This document shows, piece by piece, positions 1-11,793 of a stretch of DNA of 64,000 nucleotides (the first letter of the stretch is position 1; the number at the start of each line of letters is the position of its first letter). The notes under the pieces are model-generated. The model was given only the letters and a program-made list of their open reading frames with translations, did not search any database and was not told where the DNA came from. A program made the translations under genes and the position numbers. This DNA comes from Bacteroidaceae bacterium (GTDB taxonomy: Bacteria > Bacteroidota > Bacteroidia > Bacteroidales > Bacteroidaceae): NCBI GenBank assembly GCA_024398665.1, contig JAKSIS010000002.1:4958-68957 (forward strand), read 5' to 3'.

Positions 1-417
1 GCGCAGGTCACCTGCCTTGATGGCCTTCTTGAGCCAGTTTGTTCCCTGACGGAAATAAACGTCATTCTCCTTCTTGAGCTGCCAGAACATGTAGAAGTAG
101 TTGCCCATGTTGTACTGGGCGTCAACATAGTCCTGCTTGGCGGCAGTCTCAATGAGGTTCAGACCTATGGTCATGTTGCCTTTGACATTCTTGCCGTTCA
201 TGCATTCTATGCCCAGAAGCGTCATCGATTCAAGATCACCGGTCTTGAGGATATTCTTCTTGTACTTGTCAATGGTCTGTTTCATTGAGCCGTTGAGCAG
301 TTCAATCTTGTTAAGTTCAGCCTTGACTGAATCGGGATTGGCCAGCTGGGCCATTGCAGGGGCTGCCATGAATATGGTCAGCGACGCACAGATCAGTCCT
401 GTTTTAAAAAGTCGCAT
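1..417 (-). CDS. Secreted Sel1/TPR-like repeat protein, 5' part only (gene continues past the window start)
   Basis: Not in the ORF track because it runs off the edge. Manual reverse translation from the ATG at 415-417 gives MRLFKTGLICASLTIFMAAPAMA|QLANP (signal peptide), then DAQYNMGNYFYMF and LKKAIKAGD, open to base 1. AQYNxGxxY is a Sel1-like repeat signature. Confidence 0.55.
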   Translation of the reverse strand, partial: MRLFKTGLICASLTIFMAAPAMAQLANPDSVKAELNKIELLNGSMKQTIDKYKKNILKTGDLESMTLLGIECMNGKNVKGNMTIGLNLIETAAKQDYVDAQYNMGNYFYMFWQLKKENDVYFRQGTNWLKKAIKAGDLR

Positions 418-481
418 AAGCATTATATTCGCATTTTTTTACAAATATCGCAATTTGTGTGAAATGTAAAATATTTAAAGG

Positions 482-520
482 AAAAAAAATGGCCGGAATC
501 TGATTTCAGACTCCGGCCAT
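482..520 (-). terminator. Rho-independent terminator downstream of secDF
   Basis: Minus-strand RNA has arms AUGGCCGGAGUCUGA and UCAGAUUCCGGCCAU followed by U8 (A-run 482-489 on the plus strand). The single non-Watson-Crick pair is G-U on the minus strand but A-C on the plus strand. Confidence 0.8.
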
Positions 521-538
521 CGGTATATCGGATTGGAC

Positions 539-3526
539 TTACGCCTTTGCGGCAGCAAGTTCTTCCTTTTCCTTCTTGGTCTTCTTCATAACCAGATAAG
601 CTGTAGGAGCGGCAATGAACAGTGATGAGCATGTACCGAATACTACACCCAGAATCATGGCGAATGCGAAACTGCGTATGCTGTCTCCACCAAGGAAGAA
701 TATTGCCAGCAGCACGATAAGAGTAGAAACTGAAGTGTTGATTGTACGTGCCAGAGTGGTGTTCAGTGCATCGTTGAACAACTGTCTGCGCGGACGGTTG
801 GGATACAGATGTGAATATTCGCGGATACGGTCGAATATGACCACCTTATCGTTGATTGAGTAACCGATAGCTGTCAGCACAGCGCCTATGAATGTCTGGT
901 CAACTTCCAGAGAGAACGGCATCCAGCCGTGGCAGATGGCATACATACCTATTATTATAAGGGTATCGACTGTAAGTGCCAGTATTGCACCTACTGAGTA
1001 GGCCACGTTGCGGAAACGGATAAGGATATACAGGAAGATTGCTATCAGGGCAAGTATCACGGAGATGATGGCACCGCGTGTAATGTCCTCGGCAATGGAA
1101 GGACCGACCTTCTGTGATGAGATGATCGATCCGCCTTCACGGTTCTCACGGTCAATGAATGTGGCAAGGTCAAGATTGGAGCTCAGCTTGCCTGCATTCT
1201 TGAGTGATGTGAACAGGAACTCTTCGATTTCAGAATCGATTGTTTCCGATTCTTCAGCTATGCGGTAGTTGGTTGAAATGCGGATTGTCTTGTGGTCAGT
1301 ACCAAGGGCGATGGCCTGTACGTTGTCTTCTGTGATGACACCCTTGAGAATTGACGTCACTTCTTCCGGTTCAACCGGCTGTTCGAACTGTACCACGAAG
1401 TTACGGCCTCCGGTGAAGTCAATGCTCTTGTCCAGACCGCGTATTGCAAGCGCTGCAATGCATATCACAACAATGATTCCGAATACTGTGAATGACTTCT
1501 TTGCAATTTCCATGAACTTCACCTTGGTGTTCTGCATAAGGTTCTTTGAGAACTTGGTGGTGAAGGTGTAGTTCTGCATCTTGCCCTTGCCCAGGAAATG
1601 TTCATAGACGAGACGTGTCAGGAACACTGCGGTGAAGAATGAGCAGATGATACCGATAATCAGGGTCGTTGCGAATCCGCGGATAGGACCTGTACCGAAG
1701 TAGAACAGTATGATACCGGTGATGATTGATGTGAAGTTCGAGTCGAAGATGGCGCTGAAGGCGTTCTTGTAACCGTCAGTCAGGGCCGATGCAACACTCT
1801 TGCCGGAACGGAGCTCTTCCTTGGTGCGCTCATAGATAAGCACGTTGGCATCGACAGCCATACCAAGTGTAAGCACGATACCGGCAATACCTGACATTGT
1901 CAGAGCGGCCTGGAATGAGGTGAGAATACCCAGTGTGAAGAAGAAGTTGCACAGCAGGGCGCCGTTGGCTATCATACCCGGAACGAATCCGTAGATGACG
2001 CACATGTAGATCATCAGAATGATGAATGCTATGATGAATGACATGAAACCCTTCTGGATTGACTCCTGACCGAGTGACGGGCCTACAATGTCTTCCTGGA
2101 CAATCTTGGCGGGAGCCGGCATCTTACCTGACTTCAGGACGTTTGCAAGGTCCTGGGTGTCTTCAACGGTGAATGAGCCGGTGATCTGTGAATGTCCGCC
2201 GGTAATTTCGCCAAGCACGTTCGGTGCGCTGTATACATAACCGTCAAGTACGATGGCAATGCAGCGGTTAACGTTCTGCTTGGTAAGGTTGGCCCAGCGG
2301 CGTGCACCTTCAGTGTTCATAGTCATGCTGACGCAGGGGTTGCCGTACTGGTCAAAGTCTGACTTTGAGTCCGAAACGGCCTCACCTGACAGGGCGGCCT
2401 GACCGTTCCTGCTGGTAACCTTGATGGCATAGAGTTCGAAATACTGTCCAGCAGCGTCCATGGGCTTGACACCCCAGAGGAGCTTCATGTCACGCGGGAG
2501 AAGAGGCTTGACTTCAGGTGAAGCCAGCATCTTGTTGACCTTGGCAGTATCGGAATAGTGTGTGACACCTACTACGCATGTTCCCTGATAACCGGTGGGA
2601 CGGAGAAGTGCGAACAGCGGGTTGGTCTTCATGAGAGCCTCCTTCTGGGCTGCATCGGAAAGGTCTTCTTCGTCAGCGGGGACAAGCTGGCCGGCAAGAT
2701 CATCAGCGGGCTTTTCCTCTTCTGCAACTTCTGCATCGGATTCAGTTTCTTCAGTTTCATTTGAAAGGCCTGACATTGATGCGTGCAGGCGGCTGTCAGC
2801 TGCAGTGAAGATGTCTGAAATCTCTTCAATCTTATATGTCTCCCAGAATTCAAGGTTGGCTGATCCCTGAAGGAGCTTGCGTACTCGTTCGGGTTCCTTG
2901 ACGCCGGGAAGTTCAATCATGATGCGGCCCTGCTTGCCTGACAGTTCCTGGATGTTGGGCTGAGCCACACCGAAACGGTCAATACGGGTACGCAGCACGT
3001 TGAATGAATTTGCTACGGCAGCGTCAACTTCCTCCTTGAGTACTGAAATGACTTCTTCATTGGTGCTCTGGACATGAACGCGTTCCTTAAGCATCGAGGT
3101 TGCGAAAATGGTGCTCAACTTGCCGCCGGGATTCACTTCATTGTATTTCTTGGCGAAGATGTCAACGAAATTCTCCTGACTGCTTATGAATTCCTTCCTT
3201 GCCTGTGACATGGCCTCAGTGAAGGCTGCGTCATTGCTGTTGTTGGCAAGAGCCTTGACCACATCAGGAACTGACACTTCAAGAATGACGTTCATACCGC
3301 CCTTCAGATCAAGGCCGAGACCGATCTGCATTTCACGGCACTCTTTGAACGTGTAGATACCCATCCAGACCTTCTGGTTCATCACAGAGTCAAGATAGGC
3401 CTGTTCGTCCTGACTCTGGGCAGCAGCTTTCTCAATGCTGCGGGTCCTGAATGTAAAGGAGAGATAGAACAGACACACAAGTGTCAGAGCTATCGCGAAA
3501 ATCTTTACAAATCCTTTGTTCTGCAT
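539..3526 (-). CDS. secDF: Protein translocase subunit SecDF (fused)
   Basis: 995-aa ORF with an N-terminal TM segment, a large periplasmic domain and two 6-TM SecD/SecF blocks. The length and fusion are typical of Bacteroidota. Confidence 0.93.
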   Translation of the reverse strand: MQNKGFVKIFAIALTLVCLFYLSFTFRTRSIEKAAAQSQDEQAYLDSVMNQKVWMGIYTFKECREMQIGLGLDLKGGMNVILEVSVPDVVKALANNSNDAAFTEAMSQARKEFISSQENFVDIFAKKYNEVNPGGKLSTIFATSMLKERVHVQSTNEEVISVLKEEVDAAVANSFNVLRTRIDRFGVAQPNIQELSGKQGRIMIELPGVKEPERVRKLLQGSANLEFWETYKIEEISDIFTAADSRLHASMSGLSNETEETESDAEVAEEEKPADDLAGQLVPADEEDLSDAAQKEALMKTNPLFALLRPTGYQGTCVVGVTHYSDTAKVNKMLASPEVKPLLPRDMKLLWGVKPMDAAGQYFELYAIKVTSRNGQAALSGEAVSDSKSDFDQYGNPCVSMTMNTEGARRWANLTKQNVNRCIAIVLDGYVYSAPNVLGEITGGHSQITGSFTVEDTQDLANVLKSGKMPAPAKIVQEDIVGPSLGQESIQKGFMSFIIAFIILMIYMCVIYGFVPGMIANGALLCNFFFTLGILTSFQAALTMSGIAGIVLTLGMAVDANVLIYERTKEELRSGKSVASALTDGYKNAFSAIFDSNFTSIITGIILFYFGTGPIRGFATTLIIGIICSFFTAVFLTRLVYEHFLGKGKMQNYTFTTKFSKNLMQNTKVKFMEIAKKSFTVFGIIVVICIAALAIRGLDKSIDFTGGRNFVVQFEQPVEPEEVTSILKGVITEDNVQAIALGTDHKTIRISTNYRIAEESETIDSEIEEFLFTSLKNAGKLSSNLDLATFIDRENREGGSIISSQKVGPSIAEDITRGAIISVILALIAIFLYILIRFRNVAYSVGAILALTVDTLIIIGMYAICHGWMPFSLEVDQTFIGAVLTAIGYSINDKVVIFDRIREYSHLYPNRPRRQLFNDALNTTLARTINTSVSTLIVLLAIFFLGGDSIRSFAFAMILGVVFGTCSSLFIAAPTAYLVMKKTKKEKEELAAAKA

Positions 3527-3579
3527 ACTCTTATATTAATTAATTATTATAAAATTCCGCGTGTAAAATTACAAGGGTG

Positions 3580-3587
3580 CAAATATA
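3580..3587 (-). promoter_or_regulatory. -7 promoter box TATATTTG for secDF
   Basis: Plus-strand CAAATATA is the reverse complement of TAnnTTTG. It lies 54 nt upstream of the secDF ATG. Confidence 0.45.
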
Positions 3588-3649
3588 GGGAATTTTTCAA
3601 TTTCCCATACTCCAGACAGCGATTTATATATCAATAAGGAGAAAAAACG

Positions 3650-6751
<3,102 letters not shown>

Positions 6752-6757
6752 TCACAA

Positions 6758-7837
6758 TTATTTGAAATTCAGTTCCGATATTACGGGATAGTGGTCACTT
6801 TCACTTATTGAGCGGTCCACACGCGAACCTGCAGCGGTCATGTTCCTGCTGCAGAATATGTGGTCTATGCGGTAGAAAAGCCTGTGCTCATGGTATGTGA
6901 TTCCGGGGCCGTTGCCGGTCCTGGCATATGTGTCAGTCATGAAACGGTCAAAGACCCTGTGCGAATATGACAGCGGAGTGTCGTTGAAATCACCGCAAAC
7001 TATCACGTACCGGGCTGTTTCGCTCCTGGCCCTGTCTGCAACAAGTCTGGCCTGCCCGGCACGTGCCGAAGTTGACTTGAGCAGTTTTTTCAGCACTTTC
7101 TTCGATGTGTCATAATATGTGCTGTCAGTGGGGTTTTCAATGAAGCGCTGGTATTCGGCTATCTCATCGCCGCCAAGTCCGTTGGACTGCAGGTGGCAGT
7201 TGTATAGTGCCAGCGTGTCCTGCCCTATAAGAATACGGACATACTGGCAGCTGTTGCCTGACCCTTCAAAGGCGATGGTCTCATCGGATATTACAGGAAA
7301 GCGTGACATTACTGCCAGATTATGCCTGGTGTCAGACGTGGCGCAGTAAGGATAGGCGTCACCGAAACGTCCCGAACCGGACGCGCTCCGGACTATGCCC
7401 GTCGCGGCTTCCTGAAAGACCAGGATGTCAGCTCCGGTACCTGCGGCAAATGAAAGCACGGGATTGGTGTCAGACCAGTCTTTGTTGACTGCCGTTCCAA
7501 AACTGCGGGTGTTGTAGGTCAGTACGGTAAGGTCCGCCTTTCCGGCCGTTTCACCGTGGAAAATGTGGACAGGGAAACAGTCCAGGAGCGCCGGCAGACA
7601 CAGCAGAACCGTAATGGCCGGAAGAAGTGCTGCCTTCTTCCAGACAATCAGCCAGAGCACCAGGAACATGAGAACGGCGAAGAGCAGGAAAGGGAATGCC
7701 AGACCGGAAAGTGAAGCCAGCGGCCAACGGCCTGACGGGGCCGCAAGAGACCCGTAGCTGCTGAATATCATAAGCAGTGAAATTATGAAATTCACTGCAA
7801 GAATGGGGTATGCGACTATCTTTCCAATGAGTTTCAT
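6758..7837 (-). CDS. Endonuclease/exonuclease/phosphatase (EEP) family membrane protein
   Basis: N-terminal TM helices then EEP motifs DILVFQEA, VIVCGDFNDTP, DHIF and SDHYPV. Start moved to ATG 7835-7837 (MKLIGK...), which forms an ATGA overlap with the upstream stop. Confidence 0.8.
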   Translation of the reverse strand: MKLIGKIVAYPILAVNFIISLLMIFSSYGSLAAPSGRWPLASLSGLAFPFLLFAVLMFLVLWLIVWKKAALLPAITVLLCLPALLDCFPVHIFHGETAGKADLTVLTYNTRSFGTAVNKDWSDTNPVLSFAAGTGADILVFQEAATGIVRSASGSGRFGDAYPYCATSDTRHNLAVMSRFPVISDETIAFEGSGNSCQYVRILIGQDTLALYNCHLQSNGLGGDEIAEYQRFIENPTDSTYYDTSKKVLKKLLKSTSARAGQARLVADRARSETARYVIVCGDFNDTPLSYSHRVFDRFMTDTYARTGNGPGITYHEHRLFYRIDHIFCSRNMTAAGSRVDRSISESDHYPVISELNFK

Positions 7838-8544
7838 TGTCTTCTCTTCAGTCCGTACAGCCATACGAAGAATGCCGTCACAGGTTTGGTAAGGTCATGT
7901 CCTTTGGAAAGCATGCGGCAGAACAGCCACCCGGCAAGCACGGCTCCGGCATGTGCTGCATCGGTTGCAGGATTGATATGAGGCAGCAGCGCAGCGTCAA
8001 CCAGCGCAATTGCAATTACGATATACTTGACCTTCACGTTTCCAATAAGCGGAATCTGCTCCTGATGGTTGGGAGCCTTGAACGCCACAGCGGTTGAGAA
8101 TGCAAGAACGGCACATGATGTCATGGGCATGGCATCAGCCCAGTCCCTGTCAGCTGCAACCGATATGGTCTGGTACGTGGCCATATAGAACGCCATTCCT
8201 GCCAGCGCGCCCAGAATGTACAGGCCGCGCAGGTGGCTGTTGGTGTAGTACTGCTGGAAAATGCCGCCCATCCAGTACAGGACCAGCATATTGAAAAGGA
8301 AGTGCCACAGTCCGTAACTGGTGAACATCGATGTTATCAGCGTCCATGGTCTCAGTGCCAGACGGAAAGGACTGGCCGGAAACTGGAAGATTCCTGCGAC
8401 AGTGACATTTGAAGACATGGTGATGAGCGTGAAAAGGACATGCGCAAGCAGCACCAGTACGAACATTGCGCAGTTTATGAGAAGAAGACGTGTCAGAACG
8501 TCACCGGTCAGGAACTTGTCCCTGAATTCGTAAAGTATTTTCAT
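7834..8544 (-). CDS. Rhomboid-family membrane protein, divergent (GxSG replaced by MTSC)
   Basis: 236 aa with a 6-TM pattern. It has the TM2 HFLFN motif and the AAHAGAVLAGW His motif, but the Ser motif reads PMTSCAV. Confidence 0.7.
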   Translation of the reverse strand: MKILYEFRDKFLTGDVLTRLLLINCAMFVLVLLAHVLFTLITMSSNVTVAGIFQFPASPFRLALRPWTLITSMFTSYGLWHFLFNMLVLYWMGGIFQQYYTNSHLRGLYILGALAGMAFYMATYQTISVAADRDWADAMPMTSCAVLAFSTAVAFKAPNHQEQIPLIGNVKVKYIVIAIALVDAALLPHINPATDAAHAGAVLAGWLFCRMLSKGHDLTKPVTAFFVWLYGLKRRQ

Positions 8545-9248
8545 TACCAGGTGAAGTCAATATGGTTGTCACGGCTGCGCCGTTCCCTGCGCCGCCAGTA
8601 CAGGATTATCAGGAAGCCCACGAGCATGCCTCCCAGATGGGCGAAATGTGCCACGTTGTCTGCAGCACTGCCCCTTATTCCAAGTGCCAGTTCAAGAACC
8701 ACATATCCCACCACAAGCCATTTGGCCTTTATCGGGAACGGGAAAGGAATGATGAAGAGCTGGTTTTCAGGATATGTCATACCGTATCCCAGCAGTATGC
8801 CGTAAACCGCGCCTGACGCACCGACCGTAAGTATGCTGTCAAGATAAGTGCGCATGGGAATTATCACTCCGTCCAGATTAACAGAACTGTAAGCTGAAAG
8901 CGCTACTCCGTAGTGGACGAACTGGCAGATTTCCTGCATGACGCCCGCCCCCAGTCCGCACGCCAGGTAGAAGAACAGGAACTTCCTTGAGCCCCATGTC
9001 TGTTCCATGATACGGCCGAACATCCACACGGCGAACATGTTGAAGAAAATATGTTCAAAGCCCTCGTGGAGGAACATGTATGTCACAAGCTGCCATATCC
9101 TGAAACTTGGCGCCAGGATGAAATGCAGTCCGAACAGATTGTGGATGTCGATGCCGTATTTGCGCAGAGCGAGCGTGCCCATCCAGCACAGCACGTTAAT
9201 GATGAGCAGATTCTTCGTTACTGTCGGCAATTTGTTCATGTCCTGCAT
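8544..9248 (-). CDS. Rhomboid-family intramembrane serine protease (canonical)
   Basis: Motifs HEGFEHIFFNM, GASGAVYG (catalytic Ser) and AHLGGMLVG (catalytic His). Start set to ATG 9246-9248 (MQDMNKL...). The longer ORF would run into the argS promoter. Confidence 0.85.
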   Translation of the reverse strand: MQDMNKLPTVTKNLLIINVLCWMGTLALRKYGIDIHNLFGLHFILAPSFRIWQLVTYMFLHEGFEHIFFNMFAVWMFGRIMEQTWGSRKFLFFYLACGLGAGVMQEICQFVHYGVALSAYSSVNLDGVIIPMRTYLDSILTVGASGAVYGILLGYGMTYPENQLFIIPFPFPIKAKWLVVGYVVLELALGIRGSAADNVAHFAHLGGMLVGFLIILYWRRRERRSRDNHIDFTW

Positions 9249-9266
9249 TATTAAGGTGTCAGGCTG

Positions 9267-9274
9267 CAAAAGTA
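9267..9274 (-). promoter_or_regulatory. -7 box TACTTTTG for the rhomboid-rhomboid-EEP operon
   Basis: Plus-strand CAAAAGTA matches the reverse complement of TAnnTTTG, 19 nt upstream of ATG 9248. Confidence 0.45.
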
Positions 9275-9287
9275 GACATTTTTTCAG

Positions 9288-9295
9288 TAATTTTG
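9288..9295 (+). promoter_or_regulatory. -7 box TAATTTTG for argS
   Basis: Exact TAnnTTTG match 21 nt upstream of the argS ATG. Confidence 0.45.
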
Positions 9296-9315
9296 CGGTC
9301 CACAAGCCCGTTAAT

Positions 9316-11145
9316 ATGAAAATAGAGACACTAGTTGCCGAAATGACAGTCCAGGCTGTCAAGGCGTTGTACGGTCAGGACATTGAAGCCTCATCCGTAC
9401 AGGTACAGAAAACCAAGAAGGAGTTTGAAGGACACCTGACCATTGTTGTGTTCCCATATCTTAAGATGTCCCGCAAGGGTCCGGAGCAGACCGCCGGAGA
9501 AATAGGGACCTGGCTGCGTGAGAACGTGGAGGCTGTCAGTTCATACAATGTGATCAAAGGATTCCTGAATCTTGTCATTTCAACGGCAGAATGGGTGGAG
9601 ATACTGAACGGTATCAATTCCGATGAATCGTTCGGCTGCCGCAAGGCTGCGGACAACTCCCCTCTGGTCATGATAGAATATTCGTCACCCAACACCAACA
9701 AACCCCTGCATCTGGGACATGTGCGCAACAACCTGCTGGGCGGAGCACTGGCCAACATCATGGCTGCAAACGGTTTCCGTGTGGTCAAGACCAACATTGT
9801 CAATGACCGCGGAATACATATCTGCAAATCCATGCTGGCATGGCTCAAATGGGGTAACGGCGCCACTCCTGAATCTACAGGCAAGAAAGGTGACCACCTG
9901 ATTGGTGACTATTATGTGGAATTTGACAGGCATTTCCGTGCAGAAGTGAAAAGCCTTCTGCCCGCAGACTATGAAAACCTCGATGAAAAGGCAAAGGAAG
10001 AGGCCAAGGCTAAGGCCGAGAAACAGTCGCCGCTCATGCAGGAGGCCCACGCCATGCTGGTGAAGTGGGAAGCAGGCGATCCTGAGGTACGCGCTCTGTG
10101 GGAAAAGATGAACGGCTGGGTATATGCCGGATTCGATGAGACATACCGCCGTCTGGGCGTAAGCTTCGACAAGATATATTATGAGTCACAGACATACCTT
10201 GAGGGCAAGGGCAAGGTTCTGGAGGGCCTTGAAAAAGGTCTGTTCTTCCGCAAGGAGGACGGTTCAGTCTGGGCTGACCTTACTGAAAACGGTCTGGACC
10301 AGAAACTGCTTCTGCGCAGTGACGGAACATCGGTCTACATGACCCAGGACATAGGCACTGCAAAACTGCGTTTTCAGGATTTCCCCATTGACCGCATGAT
10401 CTACGTGGTCGGCAACGAACAGAACTACCATTTCCAGGTTCTTTCCATACTGCTTGACCGCCTGGGATTCAAGTGGGGCAAGGACCTGGTCCACTTCTCA
10501 TACGGCATGGTCGAACTGCCTGAAGGCAAGATGAAGAGCCGCGAAGGTACGGTGGTCGATGCTGATGACCTTATGGATGAAATGATTGAAACCGCCCGCC
10601 AGACCAGCGCAGAACTGGGCAAGTTGGACGGCATGTCGGAAGATGAAGTCAATGAGATAATGCGCATTGTCGGCATGGGTGCCCTGAAGTACTTCATACT
10701 CAAGGTCGACGCCCGCAAGAACATGACTTTCAATCCCAAGGAATCAATTGATTTCAACGGCAACACAGGCCCGTTCATCCAGTACACTTATGCCCGCATC
10801 CGTTCAATCATGCGCAAGGCAGCCGATGAAGGAATCGTTCTTGACAAGGCCATTTATTCCGATGGAAACGAGGTAATTTCAGAAAAGGAGATAAGTATTA
10901 TCCGCATGCTGAGCGGATTCCCCGATGTGGTGTGTCAGGCAGCTGATGACTACAACCCGTCCGTCATTGCAAACTACTGCTATGACCTGGCAAAGGAATT
11001 CAACCAGTTCTATCATGACTTCAGCATCATGCACGAACCCAGCCGCCAGCTCAAGCTGTTCCGTCTGACCCTGGCCGGCAACGTTGGCAAGATTATCCGC
11101 ACCGGCATGGGCCTGCTGGGCATTGAAGTCCCTGAAAGGATGTAA
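9316..11145 (+). CDS. argS: Arginine--tRNA ligase
   Basis: Class I HIGH motif PLHLGHVRN, a KMSKS-like KMKSREG, and an anticodon-binding C-terminus ending ...GIEVPERM. Start set to ATG 9316 (MKIETLV...). Confidence 0.93.
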   Translation: MKIETLVAEMTVQAVKALYGQDIEASSVQVQKTKKEFEGHLTIVVFPYLKMSRKGPEQTAGEIGTWLRENVEAVSSYNVIKGFLNLVISTAEWVEILNGINSDESFGCRKAADNSPLVMIEYSSPNTNKPLHLGHVRNNLLGGALANIMAANGFRVVKTNIVNDRGIHICKSMLAWLKWGNGATPESTGKKGDHLIGDYYVEFDRHFRAEVKSLLPADYENLDEKAKEEAKAKAEKQSPLMQEAHAMLVKWEAGDPEVRALWEKMNGWVYAGFDETYRRLGVSFDKIYYESQTYLEGKGKVLEGLEKGLFFRKEDGSVWADLTENGLDQKLLLRSDGTSVYMTQDIGTAKLRFQDFPIDRMIYVVGNEQNYHFQVLSILLDRLGFKWGKDLVHFSYGMVELPEGKMKSREGTVVDADDLMDEMIETARQTSAELGKLDGMSEDEVNEIMRIVGMGALKYFILKVDARKNMTFNPKESIDFNGNTGPFIQYTYARIRSIMRKAADEGIVLDKAIYSDGNEVISEKEISIIRMLSGFPDVVCQAADDYNPSVIANYCYDLAKEFNQFYHDFSIMHEPSRQLKLFRLTLAGNVGKIIRTGMGLLGIEVPERM

Positions 11146-11151
11146 ACCGCC

Positions 11152-11793
11152 ATGGCGTCAGGCAGCAGATACTATGTCGTTTGGATAGGACTGGAACCGG
11201 GCATATACGATTCCTGGGAAAAGTGCAGACAGCAGGTAGAAGGCTGGAAAGGCGCCGTTTACAAAGGGTTTGCCACAATTCAGGAGGCACGTGAGGCTTT
11301 CATGTCACCGCCTGAACTCTTCATTGAGAAGAAGGCTGCCGGCAGCGGCGGCAGGAAAAAAAAGAAAGAACGTGCTCCGCTGCCTCCTGAGGTATGTCTG
11401 CAGGCACTTGCTGTCGACGCCGCATGCAGCGGCAATCCCGGTCAGATGGAGTACCGCGCCGTTTATCTGGGTGACATGGAGGAAAAGTTCCATTTCGGCC
11501 CTATACTCGGAACGAACAACATAGGAGAATTCCTTGCCATAGTACACGCGCTTGCGCTTTACGGCAGCCGCGGTCTGGACTGGCCGGTGTACAGCGACAG
11601 CCGCAATGCCATAGCATGGGTCCGCCGCAAGCAATGCGGCACGAAACTGGAGCGCAATGAAGCCACGCGCGCCGTGTTTGAACGCATTGACAGCGCCGAA
11701 CGCTGGCTCAGGGAGAACAGCTACAGCAATCCCATCATAAAATGGGAAACTGACAAATGGGGTGAAATTCCCGCAGACTTTGGAAGGAAATGA
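11152..11793 (+). CDS. Ribonuclease H1-type protein with N-terminal hybrid-binding (viroplasmin-like) domain
   Basis: N-terminus reads YYVVWIGLEPGIYDSWEKCRQQVEGWKGAVYKGFATIQEAREAF, followed by an RNase H fold (AVDAACSGNPG, EFLAIVHAL). Confidence 0.8.
   Translation: MASGSRYYVVWIGLEPGIYDSWEKCRQQVEGWKGAVYKGFATIQEAREAFMSPPELFIEKKAAGSGGRKKKKERAPLPPEVCLQALAVDAACSGNPGQMEYRAVYLGDMEEKFHFGPILGTNNIGEFLAIVHALALYGSRGLDWPVYSDSRNAIAWVRRKQCGTKLERNEATRAVFERIDSAERWLRENSYSNPIIKWETDKWGEIPADFGRK

Noticed and set aside
137-469. 110-aa plus-strand ORF at the window start
   Set aside because: It lies antisense to a better minus-strand gene (1-417) that has a clean signal peptide and Sel1-like repeats. The plus-strand translation is low-complexity with no motif.
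9007-9315. 103-codon N-terminal extension of the argS ORF
   Set aside because: The extension overlaps the rhomboid gene on the opposite strand and runs through both divergent promoter boxes. The ArgRS-like sequence begins at MKIETLV (ATG 9316).
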